From the IMG/VR virus record IMGVR_UViG_3300002092_001378, positions 1 to 64,000 of that record: a stretch of DNA of 64,000 nt. One strand, written 5' to 3'. The position numbers were made by a program, and so were the translations under genes. The notes beneath the pieces were generated by a model. It searched no databases and had not been told where the DNA came from. It saw only the letters and a list, made by a program, of their open reading frames with translations. Positions 28,062 to 43,500 of this stretch are shown here, piece by piece. Every line of letters starts with the position of its first letter. Positions within the stretch are counted from its first letter, which is position 1. This stretch comes from a virus.

Positions 28062-31000
28062 ATGGCAACAACCAACAACAGACAAACGAATTTATTCGCA
28101 GTAGAAGACTGGAAGAAGCTCTACACTACATTTAGTGAAGCAGATTTCCAAGCATATGACTTTGAAACTATTCGCAAAGTTATGGTGGATTATCTTCGTA
28201 CCTACTATGCAGAAGATTATAATGACTTCATTGAATCCAGTGAATTCATTGCTCTTGTTGACCTCATTGCTTTCCAAGCACAGAGCTTGGCATTCCGCAC
28301 AGACTTAAATGCTCGTGAAAACTTCCTTGACACTGCTGAACGTAAAGACAGTGTACTACGTCTTGTAAAGCAACTCAACTATATTCCCAATAGAAACAAA
28401 GCTGCTAACGGTCTCTTAAAGATTCAAAGCATCAGTACAAGCGAAAGTGTATTTGATTACAGCAGTAATAACTTATCACGCAATTCAATTATTTGGAACG
28501 ATCCCAGTAATCCAGACTGGTCAACACAATTTAGTCTCATTTTCAATGCTGCATTAGCAAGTGGGCAACGTGTTGGTAAACCCTTTGCCAGTAAGAATTT
28601 AAACGGTATTACAACTGAACAGTATAACATTTCTGTACCCAATAGTGTGCAAGCTATCTTCCCATTTACCACTACAATTAATGACGTAACCACACCATTT
28701 GAAATTATCAGTGCAAGTATTACAAATACTGATGCAGTAAGTGAAAATGATCCTGGCAACTTTGGTAATTTTGGATTGCTATATCAAAATGATGGACGTG
28801 GTAACGCAAGTCCAAATACAGGTTACTTTATGTTCTTTAAGCAGGGAACAACTTACAATTATGATATGACACTCAGTGACAAAATACCCAACAGAGTTGC
28901 AAGCATCAATTATGAGAATGTAAACAACGAAGACATTTGGTTATATGAACTTGAGAATGGTGTTATTGGTAATCAATGGACTAAGATTCCCAACATTATC
29001 GGTAGTAATGCAATTTACAACAGTACTGCTCGTGGTATTAGAACGCTATTCAGTGTTGCAACACGCAGCAACGATCAAATTGATCTTGTGTTTGGTGATG
29101 ATACTTTTGCCAATATCCCATTGGGAAATTTCCGCACTTACTTCCGTGTTAGCAACGGCTTGACATATCGTATTAGTCCTGCTGACATGGTGGGTGTTAC
29201 TATTGTGATCCCCTATATCAGCAAGAGCGGTAAGCCAGAACGTCTAACAATTGTTGGTACACTTCAGTATACTGTATCAAACAGCAGTCGACGTGATTTA
29301 ATTCAGGAAATTAAAGACAAAGCTCCGCAGAATTTCTACACACAGGGACGCATGGTTAACGGTGAAGATTACAATACTTTACCATATACAACCTATGCTG
29401 ATATTGTTAAAGTTAAAAGTGTTAACAGATATAGCAGCGGCATCAGTCGTTCACTCGACGTTATTGACCCCACTGGCAAGTTTAGCAGTACTGACTTGTT
29501 TGCCAGTGACGGTGGATTCTATAAGAATAGCACAAAGAAAACAACAACATTTACCTACGCAAGTCGTAACGATGTATTAAGAATTATTGAAAGCGTGGTT
29601 CACCCTGTAATTGCAAGCAAGGCCACAAAACATTTTTATTATGAAAATTGGTCACCAATTAATTTAAACAGTACATACCAATGGCTGAGACAAACTGATG
29701 ACACATCAACTTGTACAGGATTTGTTGCTTATGCAACTGATGCAACTGCAACAGTTAAAATTGGTGCATATACCAGCAGCGCTCTGCAATACTTGTTGGT
29801 TAATAGTTTGATTAGATTTGCTGCACCAACAGGCTATTTCTTTGATAGCAGCAACAGTATTGTTGCCGGAATTCCGTCATTGCCCGGCGAAAGAACAGAC
29901 ATTTGGGCAACAATTCAAAATCAAATTGGTGATGGTAGCACCCCAATATATCTAGCAGGTAGAGAAATCGGTGGTGTAACTATCAGTACATCAGTTCCCA
30001 CTGGTGCATTGGTAGCAGAAGTATATGCACCATTCACTACTAATTTTAGTACTTCATTAGTCAATACCATGGCAACTTATATTCTCAACAATATTGATTT
30101 TGCCCTTCGTTATGATTATATACAGACCGTAAATGCTGACCCCTGGACTATTATTTCAAATAACAATGTGAATAGTACTGGTGAATTTGATTTAACAACT
30201 GCTGGTACAAGTTCAGATAGCAGTTGGTTATTGATGTTTAAAACAGATGGAATTAGATATTTCCTATCGTACAGAGGGTTGGATTATATCTTTAGTAGTA
30301 CAAACAGTGTTAGATTCCTAAACACAAATCCAAATCCAGTTTACGATACAAAAACTAATACACTGGTGCAGGATAATATTAAGATACTACAATCCAATCT
30401 TAATAATACTGGATCGGCAAAGTTGAGTAGAGATGTTTCGTTGCAGATCTTTCAAAATGCAGTGGAAGCAGATGGTTATGTTGACAGTACCAAAGTGCAA
30501 GTGACATTCCCAACCGGTCCAAATAGTGACCTACCACTGGATCCCACAATTTTCTCAACTGTGGTTGGTTCAACAAACAATACCTATGTCTTTTATCAAC
30601 AATATGTTGACTATGATAACTTGATACGTTATCAGTTATTGGATAGTGGCAGTGTTAATTACAGTTATGCAACAAAAGCAGCAATTGAAGCAGTTAGAAA
30701 TAACTTTCCAATTGGTAGAATATTCTATGCTTATGCATCAACTGACTCAACACAAATGTTCTTTCAAATTGCAAGCACCGGATCGGCAAACTATTTGGTT
30801 AACGTAACCAGTGAGTATCAAGCATTCTATGGTCGTCAAGATTTGATGTTTCAGTACAGACACAATTCCAGTGACAATAGACGAATTGATCCAGCATCAA
30901 GTAACTTGATTGATTGTTATATCTTAACACGCAGTTACGATGAAGCATATAGACAATATATTACGGACTATACAGGAACATTAGCTTCTCCTGTGCCAGT

Positions 31001-31496
31001 TGATAGTGTTACGCTCAATAACACTTACAATCAGTTGCAGGAATTAAAAATGATCAGTGATGAAATGATCCTAAACAGTGGTGTATATAAGCCTTTGTTT
31101 GGATCAAAAGCAGCAGATGCATTGCAGGGTACATTCCAAGTAGTTAAGAATCCATCAAGCAGCATCAGTGACAATGAGTTGAAGAGCAAGGTTGTTGAGC
31201 AGATCAACAATTATTTTAGTTTGGATAACTGGGATTTTGGCAATACGTTTTATTTTTCTGAACTCAGTGCATTCCTACATACAAAGCTGGGAATGTATCT
31301 CAGCAGTGTGATTTTAATTCCGTCAAGTCCCAACAGTGTGTTCGGTGACTTGTACGAAGTAAGAAGCCAGCCCAATGAAATCCTTATTAGTGGCGCCACA
31401 GTTGAAAACATTCAAGTTGTAAGCGGTGTTTATATTGGAATTAATAGAAGTGGCGTTAGCACAATCCTAACAAGTCAAATAACAACAGGTGTTTAA
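28062..31496 (+). CDS. gp6: Baseplate wedge protein gp6-like
   Basis: YDFETIR, DFIESSE, ENFLDTAE, LVFGDD, IKDKAPQNFYTQGRMVNGEDY. Confidence 0.88.
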   Translation: MATTNNRQTNLFAVEDWKKLYTTFSEADFQAYDFETIRKVMVDYLRTYYAEDYNDFIESSEFIALVDLIAFQAQSLAFRTDLNARENFLDTAERKDSVLRLVKQLNYIPNRNKAANGLLKIQSISTSESVFDYSSNNLSRNSIIWNDPSNPDWSTQFSLIFNAALASGQRVGKPFASKNLNGITTEQYNISVPNSVQAIFPFTTTINDVTTPFEIISASITNTDAVSENDPGNFGNFGLLYQNDGRGNASPNTGYFMFFKQGTTYNYDMTLSDKIPNRVASINYENVNNEDIWLYELENGVIGNQWTKIPNIIGSNAIYNSTARGIRTLFSVATRSNDQIDLVFGDDTFANIPLGNFRTYFRVSNGLTYRISPADMVGVTIVIPYISKSGKPERLTIVGTLQYTVSNSSRRDLIQEIKDKAPQNFYTQGRMVNGEDYNTLPYTTYADIVKVKSVNRYSSGISRSLDVIDPTGKFSSTDLFASDGGFYKNSTKKTTTFTYASRNDVLRIIESVVHPVIASKATKHFYYENWSPINLNSTYQWLRQTDDTSTCTGFVAYATDATATVKIGAYTSSALQYLLVNSLIRFAAPTGYFFDSSNSIVAGIPSLPGERTDIWATIQNQIGDGSTPIYLAGREIGGVTISTSVPTGALVAEVYAPFTTNFSTSLVNTMATYILNNIDFALRYDYIQTVNADPWTIISNNNVNSTGEFDLTTAGTSSDSSWLLMFKTDGIRYFLSYRGLDYIFSSTNSVRFLNTNPNPVYDTKTNTLVQDNIKILQSNLNNTGSAKLSRDVSLQIFQNAVEADGYVDSTKVQVTFPTGPNSDLPLDPTIFSTVVGSTNNTYVFYQQYVDYDNLIRYQLLDSGSVNYSYATKAAIEAVRNNFPIGRIFYAYASTDSTQMFFQIASTGSANYLVNVTSEYQAFYGRQDLMFQYRHNSSDNRRIDPASSNLIDCYILTRSYDEAYRQYITDYTGTLASPVPVDSVTLNNTYNQLQELKMISDEMILNSGVYKPLFGSKAADALQGTFQVVKNPSSSISDNELKSKVVEQINNYFSLDNWDFGNTFYFSELSAFLHTKLGMYLSSVILIPSSPNSVFGDLYEVRSQPNEILISGATVENIQVVSGVYIGINRSGVSTILTSQITTGV

Positions 31497-31500
31497 TTAA

Positions 31501-34500
31501 ATGGTTGATAAGAACAGTTTAGAGTTTTTGCCTCAGGTATTTAGAACTAATACTAACAAGCGTTTTCTAAATGCGACAGTGGATCAGCTTATCCAAGAAC
31601 CCAACATGGGTAGAATATATGGTTACATTGGACGTCAGGATCTAAGTCCTGCGTTTCAACAAGGGGACGCATATGTTCAGGAAAGTGATAGCTACAGTCA
31701 ATATTATCAACTTGAACCCGGCCTTGTTATTAACAAGAGAATTGTTGGTACAAACAACTTTAAGAAAGACAATGCCTACAACTATGTTGACTTGTTAAAT
31801 GGCATCGCTCAAGAAGGTGGCATTAACACAAATCACAGCCGTTTGTTTGCCAATGAGTATTATAACTATGAAGGTTTTATTGATCTTGATAAGTTGATCA
31901 ATTATGGCAAGTACTACTGGGTGCCAAATGGTCCAACTACACTTGAAATTAATGGTGGTGGTGTTCCAACATATGAGACATTTAATATTTCACGTCCATT
32001 GGATTCTGGAATTCTAAGTGCAACATTGATCAACAGAAATGTTGGTAGTGTTGGGTATTCAATTGACACACAGCCCGGAGTAATTAACCCCACAATCACT
32101 GTTGCTCGTGGCGGACATTATACTTTCAATCTTGCACAGCCTGGGCATCCTCTTTATATCCAGTCTGAACCCGGAATTAACACAGGCAGCAGCTATCAGG
32201 AAAACATCAATGTCAGACAAGTATATGGTGTCAATGGCAATGGCACTGAAGTTGGAACAATTACATTTAGTGTACCCAGTAAAGATTCTCAGGCATTTTT
32301 TGAAGAAATGCCTGTATTCGACACAGTAGATCTAGTATTGGATGTGCCATTTAATCAATTGCAGGATGCATATGTAACGGATTTCTTGCTTGATGGTAGT
32401 TTGGATGGTATTAAGTCTGTTACCAGTAAGAGAGTTGTACTAATAAATGATCAAGATGATTTCTGGATCGATCCTGTTCCCTATGATGAATTTGGTAATC
32501 CATATGATTCTGGATCATATGATGCCAGTGAGATTGTACCCAAGGAAAAGCGTAGAGGTATTTGGCAGTTAAACAATGTTGAGGGTGTGATAAAGATCAG
32601 CTATGTCAAAGACTGGCCAGCAAATACCAAAGTATTTGTTCGTGAAGGTAGAACATATGGTCATATCAATGTTTTCAAGGATACCCTATTAAACATTTAC
32701 CCTGTGCCAACACTAACTGCACCATTGGATACACTATACTATCAAGACGGCGCAGATGCTAATGTTTATGGTGTGATTAAAATTGTTGATCCTGATCCAA
32801 ATTCTGGGCTTAACATCAATGAAATTTTAGGACAGGAAGAATATACAAGCCCCAATGGTGTTAAATTAACCAGTGGGTTAAAAATTAAGTTCAATGGATT
32901 AATTACTCCGGAGTCTTACCTTGACAGAGAATTTGTTGTTGAGGGAGTAGGCAAAAGTATTTCATTGATTCCATGGGATAGTCTAGTAACCCCTGACCCA
33001 AACAATCCAAATTTGGGAGATGGCTTTGCTGCGGACTCGCAGTCATATGATAGCTTAAACTACGATTACAGCCTAAATGCACCTTTACGCAAGGACTATA
33101 TTGTAATCAATCGCGGCAGCACAGATGGTAATGCTTGGAGTCGTACTAACCGCTGGTTCCATGAGGATGTTATTCGTTATAGCGCAACATTCTTGGATTC
33201 TGAAGCAGCAGTAGCATTGGACAACAACTATAGAGCAATTAGACCAATCATTGAATTTGATCCAAACTTACAACTTTGGAATCACGGACAAAAATTAGTT
33301 GATACAGTAACAGTTATTGACAACTATATTACTGATGTTGCTAATCAAGTTGAGGGGTTAAATCCCTACGTGTTGGTGTATGCTAATAGAGGTAACTCCA
33401 TTAGAAAGGTTGTGTCAAAATCATCTCACATCAATGTCAAAACTTTAAGTTTTGATTCCGTGACGGATTTGTCAATTGACATGAAAGTTATTGGTGTTAA
33501 TATATCTACCAATACAACAATTGAAGCAATAGATTACAACAAAAAAATAGTAACGATCAGTAATCCATTGGTCGGTGAAATTACTTTGGGATCTGAAATT
33601 ACCTTTAATGGTGATTATGTTAGTGATGATATTCCATTGGAAAACGGCACAAAGGTAATTTTCATAAGGGAAAAGTACGGCAATGTGCGTAATAAAGTAT
33701 ATGAAGTAAAAAATATTTTACCTCACAGTGGATTGCCAGTAACAAAGTCAGTGACACAGTTTGCCTCAATTGGAAATCAAATATTAAAATTTGGAACTGT
33801 TAATGACTTATTCGTCAACATGCATTTAACAGGTACAAACATTCCAGCCAATACTGTTGTTTTAAGCATTGACTCGACCAATAGAACAGTAACAGTCAAT
33901 AACAAAATTTCCAATGACATTGGCGTTGGTTCAGCCATTACTTTTAGTAATGATTTAACTCAGATTCATCTAACACCTTTACATACCATGGAAGAAGGTG
34001 ACAGCGTTGTAGCAATAAGCGGATTGACAAGACAAAATCAAACTTATTGGTGGCATAACGAAGCTTGGCTAAGAGCTCAAAATAAATTTAGTTTAAATCA
34101 GTCTCCGTTATTTGATGTGTTCAATCTTGATGGCATCAGCTGGGGGAATACTGATTATTATGGTTCCAGTACGTTTGCTGGTAGTAAGTTGTTTGGTTAT
34201 AAAGAAGGCACTGGCACAAGGGATAGTGAACTTGGGTTCCCATTAACTTACCGTTCCATTGGTAACATTGGTGATATTGTATTTGAAAACTATTATGATA
34301 CTGACACATTCACTTTCAATTATAACAATAAAGATCAAATATTAGCCACACGATTTGGGTATGTTCATGAATTCAGTGCAATGTATAGAACTTTCAAATT
34401 ACGAAATAACTGGACAAAGGTTGCAGATTTAAGCAAGCAATATATTGAAAAGAGATTTGTTGCTTCTCAAAATTTGAGAAATAATTTCACTGTTGACGTT

Positions 34501-37500
34501 GCCTTTGTTAACAGTTTCAATGAAAAGAATTGCTCGGTTCATGTCAATGGAAAAGAAATTATAACTGGTGATTTTTATACTCTTATGGGTAACTCAACCA
34601 GTAGTGTTATATCTTTTGTAAATGATTTAAATGTTGGTGATGTTCTAATTATTAGAATTTATGGTACACCCAATGGAGTAAAAGAAAATTTCACTTTACC
34701 CAAGAACCTGGTTGACAATAGTTTCAATGATACTTTTGAAACTTTAACACTTGGACAAATTAGAAATCACTTGTTGGAAATTGCAAGCAACTCCCTTAAG
34801 TTTCAAGGAGAACCCAGCGGTCTAAACAATTTACGTGATATTGACTATAAAATTATACCGGGTAAAATACTACAACACAGCGCCGGAGTTCATATAGCTC
34901 AAGCAATGTTTAACAATGACAGCACAAACATTATTAAGGCTATTGATTTCAGTAGAAGAAATTATACACGCTTTAAAGATAGGTTCTTTTATCTTGTGAG
35001 TTCAATGGAATTTCCTGACACTGATGATGCACGTGGCTGTTTAGATATTGTAATGGAAGAGATCACACTTAACAGTAGCAATGATCAAAGTTTCTATTAT
35101 TCGGACATGATGCCATTTGGTATTAACACTTATGTCTATAATGACTATACTGTTTACGATACTGCCTATAGAACATTTAATTTGGTAAACAGTTTTAATA
35201 TAACAGAGCCAAGTTATCAAGCAGTTTTAGTTTACCAAAACAATCAACAACTATTGATTGGTATTGATTATACAGTCAATGGATTTGTAGTTAAGCTGAC
35301 CAATGAGTTAAATTTAGAAATAAATGATGTCATTAGTATTTATGAATACACAAATACACGTGGCTCCATGATTCCAGCAACACCAACAAAACTGGGATTG
35401 TATCCAAAATTTACTCCTCAGATCTATTTGGATAATACTTTTGTTGATGAGCCATTGAATGTAATTCAAGGCCATGATGGAAGCAAAAGTATTGCATTTG
35501 ACGATTACAGAGATAACATTATTCTAGAAATGGAAAAGCGTATCTATAATAATATATCTGTTGAATTTAAAAATGATGCAAATACAAGTTACCTAGGTGT
35601 TGAGCCAGGCGCCTTTAGAAAGACAGATTATAGTCTTGATGAATGGACTCAGTTACTAAGTGGCTCATACTTAAACTGGGCAGGCGCAAATAATGTTAAT
35701 GTATTTGACAATACAACTTCAGATGACAGTCCATTTAGTTTTAACTATGGTGCTGGGTATGATGTGTTGTTCGATGAAGGTATTCCAGGTTATTGGAGAG
35801 GCATATACAAGTATTTCTACGACACCGATACCCCACACCTAACACCATGGGAAATGGTTGGATTTAGTCAGGAGCCAACTTGGTGGCAAGTACGTTACGG
35901 CCCCGCCCCATATTCTGCAGGTAACCTAGTATTATGGCAGGATATGGAAGCTGGAGTGGTGTATCAACACGGCTATGACAGCTATACTGACATTAGATAT
36001 GCTCGTCCAGGATTAAATCAAATTATTCCCGTTGATGAACACGGTAATCTATTGGCACCATATGCAGGTGGTGATGGATTCGGTATTGTAACTCGTTGGA
36101 ATTCAGCAACATCAACTGCCAAGTGGAGATTTGGTGATCAAAGTCCGCAGGAAACGGCATGGCGCCGTTCAAGTGAGTACCCATTTGCTGTTCAGACTGC
36201 ATGGGCACTGGCTCGCCCCGCACAGTATTGTGCATTAAGTTTAAATCGTCGAGATTTAATTAGACTTAATGGTCTTGATCAGATTATTAATAAGGTAACT
36301 GCAAATAGAAAACTTAACATACAAGTTACTAACGATGACTATTATGTTCCAGGTAGCAATGTTTGGATACGTGATAGACTGGCAGATTTAAATCTGGACA
36401 TAGTACAAAACTTTGTTGAAATTTTTGATAATCTTTCACTTAACCTACTTTATAAAGCAAGTGGATATACTGATAAGAGTTATGTGCAATTGCTTGCAGA
36501 TCAAGCAAGCCCCAGCAGCACTAACAGTGGCATAATAGTTCCACAGGAAAATTATGACATAATGGTTACAAAGAGTGCGCCAATTGGTGTAGCAACTTAT
36601 AGTGCGGTTGTCATTGAAAAAACATCAAATGGATTCAGTGTATATGGATTTGATACTTCCAAACCATACTTTACTGTTATACCTAGACGTTACAATAATA
36701 ATACATATAATATCAAGGTCAGTAATAGCACAGCAGTTGTTTATATGGATGATGAGAATTCAATTCTAACAATTCCATATGGAACACAATTTACATCCAA
36801 GCAACAAGTTGTTGATTTCTTAATCAGTTACAGCAAGTATTTGACAAGTATTGGATTCCAGTTCATTGATACTACAAGTGTGGAAACTGTACCAAATGTT
36901 GCAGATTGGCAATTGAGTGTTGGAGAATTTCTATACTGGATTGAACAGGGTTGGGACAATAAGACACTTATCAGTTTAACTCCAGCTGGCACTAAAATTA
37001 ATTTCAATAGCGGGTTTGGTGTTGTTGATAAAATTAATGATAGCTTCAATGACTCAAAAGTTGTAGACAGCAATGGCAAGACATTACAGACCAAAGATTA
37101 CACAGTATTCCGCAGTGGCACACAGTTTGAATTAAAGTTACGTGATGTTGCAACTGGTATTCATTTAATTGTCATGCAGGTAGTTCAATACGAGCATACC
37201 TTTGTGTTTGATAACGTCACGGTGTTCAATGATGTTATCTACGAACCCAGCCTTGGTAACAGACAATTCAGAGTTAGAATTTCCGGATTTAAAACTAGAG
37301 ACTGGGACGGTAGTCTATATGCCCCTGGGTTCCTAGTAAACTTCATGCCAATTAATAACTGGCAGCCAATGAAGGATTATTATAAGGGTGAGATTGTAGA
37401 TTTTAAGAACATCTACTATACAGCAAGACAATTTGTGCCTGGCAATTCAAAGTTTGATGTTAACAATTGGTATATTGTACCAAATGACAACAGTCTATTA

Positions 37501-40500
37501 TCAAAGCAATTAATTCCAAACCTTGCATTCAATGCACAGCAATTTGAAAATTTCTATGACGTTGACAAATTTGATATCAATAGATCTGCTGATTCTGCTG
37601 CAAGAAATGCAACTGGATTCGTTGCCAGAGAATATTTAAATGACATTGGTCTTGACAATATCAGTCAGCATAAGTTCTACCTTGGTATGATTCGTGAGAA
37701 GGGTACGCAGGCAGCAGTCAACGCATTCCTACGTGCAAAACTTCCATACCTTAATAATACAGTAAAAATTGATGAGCAATGGGCAATTCGTCTAGGTAAT
37801 TTTGGTGGATACAATCAAAAGAAGGACATCGAAATAAGTCTTGCCGGCGCCAAAACATACAACAGCTCTTATATCATTGAACTTATTGAAGCAAATGATA
37901 CTCGCAGCGAAAGTTGGAATAGCTACAAGCCCAAGGATCTACTGGTAAAGCCAGCTGCATTTGACACTAATATTTTCTCTTCAAATGAAGAATATGCACC
38001 AATGATCCCAATGGCTGGGCATGTTGTTAACTCTGAAGTTGACGTTACAATATTTGATATCAATAAGATTAACAATGCAAGTTCATTGGTAACTGTACTT
38101 GGTGAAGGCAGTAGAATATGGGTAGCCAGTGATACTAAAAATAATTGGAAAGTATATAGAATCACTGCCGATTATAAAATAACAATTATTGGCGCAGTTG
38201 TTGTTAATAACGAGATTGAATTTACAACTGATGTGGCACATACACTCAGTAGAAATGATTTCATAATGATTAAAAGAGGCAGTATTACATCTACTGCATC
38301 TGGTAATAAAGATCTAAGTGGATTTTATAGAGTAAATGCTGTTTCAGGAAAGAAATTTAGAGTTCCTGTATATCCCAATGGAACATCTGCTTCTGGAGCA
38401 ATGACAGGCGAATTATATGTTCTAAAAACTGTAAGATTCAGTGATAGAAGTAGATTTGCTATTAATCCTCCTGGACGTGGCTGGCAAAATGGCGATAGAG
38501 TATGGATTGATGGGCTTGATGGCAATTGGGAAGTATTGGGAAATCAAAGCCCATGGTTAAACAATTATACATTATCCCCTGTATTTGGCACTAATTCACA
38601 TCTATTTGGTAATGGTATTGACTTAAAAACAACTCAGGACATCATGGTTGTTGGCGCTCCTGGCAAAGACAAAGGCTATGTGTATGTTTATGAGCAGATG
38701 GGTGATAACACTTGGTCTGTCGCAAATAGTGTAACTCCCGAGAATAGTTACACAAGTCAATTTGGATACAGTGTAAAGTACAATGATCTAGATCTAGCAG
38801 TTGTGGGTGCCCCTGGCAGTAACAGCGGCGCTGGCTTTGCATACATTATGCAGACAAGCAGTAGTGCTATTCAAATTAATCAGATTATAAATCCAGCTGG
38901 ATTAACATCTTCATCTGGATTTGGTACGGCAGTAGCAGCAAGCTCAGACGGTAATTGGGTTGCTATTTCTGCTCCCGGTACTAATAATGTACTCATTTAC
39001 AAGTACAAAAAGGTAACTGTTCCAGCAAACAAAAGTTATACATTAACTAAGCTAATTTATGGACAACCAACACACACTATTATTCCGGACCTAGTGGGTA
39101 CTGGGAAAATAGCTGCGGACTTAAGAGTTACTTTAAATCAAGCAATGCTTGTACCAAATATTGATTACACTGTAGCTGAAGGTGCTTCAGGTACAGAAAT
39201 AACACTGACATTCCCAAATTGGCAGGCAAATACATTCTATAAAATTGGAGATCAATTTTACTATAGTCCTGTAATTTACAATCCAACTGAAACACACATT
39301 TGGACTGTTACTGCACCATTTACATCCGGTGCAACTTTTAGTACAACTTGGACTGACCCAGTAACCAGCACAACTGCTACGGTAATGACTCAGTCATTGT
39401 CAACATTGACAATGACATATGATTCATACTATGAATATAAAACTACTATTACATTATCAAATGGTACAACTTCGCCAAAATTTGGATCAAGTTTAAGTTT
39501 TGCAACAGATGGCAGTCAGTTAATAGTTGGTTCACCGAATTATAGCCCAACTGCAACTGACGTCAATGTTGGTCAAGTAAATGTTTATCAAAGAAGAATT
39601 GAAACTTTTATCGCCAACGGTGTATCTAAGGTATTCACATTAGCAACAAGTACAACTAATCCAGATGTAATAGTAAATGGAACACTATTAACTACAGGCT
39701 ATACTTTTGTTTCCAGTACGTTAACTCTCGATACAGTGCCATCTGCTGACTCAATAGTTACTGTTGCCACAAATGCATTTAACTTAATTGAAACAAAGTC
39801 ACCCACAGTTGTTCAGTCTTACGGATATTATGGATCTAAAGTTTTGATCTGTCCTAAGAGTTGCAGTTTATATGTTGGATCGCCTGGATACAACAATGTC
39901 AATTATGGCAATGGTGCGGTGTATCGTTATGTAAATGAAGCAAGAACATATGGATCAATTGTTGGCCAAAATAGTAATCCCACATTAACAATTGGTGACT
40001 ATCTCAGAATTAATAATGTAAAGGTTGCATTTACCGGTACAACTGTGACACAGTTGGTAAAGGATATAAACAATGCACTAATACCTGGCATTACTGCTAG
40101 TCTATTGCGTGGTAATTTAGTATTGAAGACAGACAGTGAAATTGCCTTTAATAAAATTACAGTTGATGCTTCTTCCACTACTGTTCTTGCCACTTTAGGA
40201 TTAACAATTTTCAAGAGCAGTCAGATTATCACTAGCAATGCTGACCAAGACACTGTTAATTTCGGTAATCAAATTGCTATTAATAACGACTCAACTAAGT
40301 TGTTGATCAGTGCAAATGTTGCAAACAACAGAACTATAATTACATTTGATCAGGGAAGAACAACATTTGACAGTAGATCAACAAAGGTTCTGTCCATTGC
40401 ATATAGAAGCGGATGTGCATACTTGTATGAATATATGGGCGATGCAACTGAAACAGCAGCAACTCCCGGCGCATTTACTTTTGCTCAGACATTTAATAAC

Positions 40501-43500
40501 AGTGTACTGGCAACTAACGATTATTTTGGAACAGGTATTGCCCTAGGTAAAAATTGGGTTATGGTTTCAAGCTTGAATAGCAAAAATAACAATGCTGGTG
40601 CTGTTTACACTTACCTTAATAGTAATGGGTTGGATAACTGGAGAGTTGTCCGCAGTAAGCCTACCAATATTGATGTTAGAAAACTAGAGCGTCTGTACCT
40701 ATACAACAACAATACAAAAACTTTGATTACTGATCTACCAATCATTGATCCAGAGCATGGCATGCCTGTGCCCAGTGCGCCTGAACAAATCAGATACATG
40801 GTAAACTATGATCCAGCCATCTATAACAATTCACCCAACAACAACACCTTTGCAAATGATTCAAGAAATGCATGGGCAGATGAACATGTGGGTGAACTAT
40901 GGTGGGATACGAATCAGATCAAATATGCAGACTGGAATCAAGGCGACTTATTGAATAGATTTAACAATTGGGGTCTTTCTTTCCCCAACAGTTATATCAG
41001 TGTTTATGAATGGGTTGAAAGTGATGTAATTCCCAGCCAGTTCGCAACCAGCAAGTCAACAACAATTCCAGTTTATACAGTAAGCGATGTTTATACTGCA
41101 AAAACAAAAATTGATCCATTGACACTACAGGCCGTAACAAAGTATTATTTCTGGGTTGTTAACAGTAATTCTAATTCTTCAATGAAGCATAGAGATACTG
41201 CGGTTGCATTACAGAATTTAATTGTTAACCCACGTAACATAAATCAACCATTTGCTGCTGTTATTGCTGGCAATGCACTTGCATTATTCAACTGTAAAGA
41301 CATTGTCAATGAAGATACAGTATTGCATATAAGCGTGAATGATAATTTAACAGTGAATCCAGTTCATCGAGAATGGAGTATGTTTGACGATGGCACAGAT
41401 CTTGGTGTGGCTGAAGAATTCTTAAATCGTATGAATGATAGTATGGCAGGCGAGGATGCTCAAGGTCGCACTGTGCCCGACCCTGGTTTGACTGAAAAGG
41501 AAAAATACGGACTTGATGTACGCCCAAGACAAACAACTTTTGCTGATAGATTCAAAGCAAGAGAAATCTGGGTTAATAATGTAAACGCTGCATTTATCAA
41601 ATATCCAATGTCAATTCTCAGAGATCTGACAGATCTTAATGATTACGATCCATTGCCAATGGTTGATGGCATTGACATTAAACTACAAGTAGATTATGAT
41701 ACAGATCTACCATACATTAATAAAGCTTTCTATACTCAGGGTGATAAAATTCTCGTAGTAAATGACTCAACAACCGGTGGATGGTGTATTAGAAAACTAT
41801 TACCCAACCCAGCTAACACTGTTGAAAATAGCTGGCAAGTTTATCAAATTCAAACATATGACCTAAGAAAGTATTGGGAATATGCTGACTGGTATGCTAC
41901 ACAATACAGCAAAGATACTCCTGTAAGTAAAATATTAAATTATGAATATGAGATTGCAAATAGTAATCCAGAAATTGGTGATGTCATTAAAATTCTAGCT
42001 GGTACTGACGGCAAGTGGAAACTTATCCTCGTTCAGGAAAATAGCCTTGAACTAATAGGACAACAAAACGCTACTATTCAATTCAGCCGTTCATTGTATA
42101 GTAATTTAAATGCTGGTTTTGGTTTCGAGACCATCAGCTGGGAAGTTACTTCTTATGCCAAGGACGCTGCAATTGAATTTAGAAAGATCTTTAATACAAC
42201 AAACAATTATCTACTGACAAACGAGTTGCGCAGTGAATATAAAGCACTTATTGGGACTATGATTGATAACATAGCAACTCAGTTCAAGCAGAATGATTGG
42301 TTGTTTAAGACCAGTTTGATTAATATCAGACATAATGTTCGCAGCTTGGATCAGATTCCAGTTTATACTAAGCAGCCTGAAAATGTTGTCAGTGGCTTCA
42401 TAAGTGAAGTTAAGCCCTATCATACAAAAATTAAACAATACGTAAGCATATACGATAAGACTGATACATCTTTATTGGATGTAGTAGATTTTGACTTGCC
42501 TGCTTATTATAATTCTCAGTTGGGCAAGTACAGACAGCCTCAGCTTGGAAATCCATTTGATGATGCAGTAATTGATAATGTGATATACAGTCCATGGATT
42601 GCAAATCACACTTATAGCATTGATTACATTGATATTGCATCACCTGGATCAGGCTATAATAATGAAACTAAAATATTAATAATGGGTGATGGTGTTGGGG
42701 CCACTGCAACAGCGTATGTCAGAGGCGGGCAATTATACGATATCATTATTACAAATCCAGGTAAAGGTTATACATATGCCAATATTAAAGTTCTGGGTAT
42801 TGGTAGTGGAGCATCTGCTTATGTGAAGTTGGGTCGTGCAACTGCTCGTATGATCAGTACTAAGTTAAATTTTGATAGATTTACTTACACTCAACTTACT
42901 AAAGATTGGGCAGCAAACACCATATACAGCATTAATGACATAGTATTGCACAATAATACAGTTTACAGAATTGCCACTGGTAATAAAGGACGTTCTGGTG
43001 ATCAAAATGTTGTGTTATCAGTGATGGATGCTGTAGTAAGCTCCAGTGGTACTGGATATCAACCAGGCGATAAGCTTTATGTAACAAGTAAAGATGCACA
43101 AGCTGAAACAATTAGTTTATATAATGCAAGTCTTGGTACTGTAGCTGATACGACTGTTTTTGCTAGAGCAGCATTTAATGTCGATGCAATTAAGTTAGCA
43201 TCAGTAACTATTCAGAATGGTGGATCAAATTATGCAGTTGGTAACACTATTGTATTTGAGCTGGATAACGACGTCAATGTTGTATTAAGTGTCACTGCTA
43301 TTAGTGGCGGTGGTGCAATTGGTCCGATTACTGCGGTATCCATTGCAAATGCTGGCAAGAGAACAGTGGTGCCAGCAGCTAACCCATTAAAATATGACAT
43401 ATTAACACAAGGTGCAGCAGCCAATCAACCCACTGGTTATGGTGCAACATTTAATTTTGTATGGGGCATTCGAAACGTATCAATCGACAATCCAGGTGCG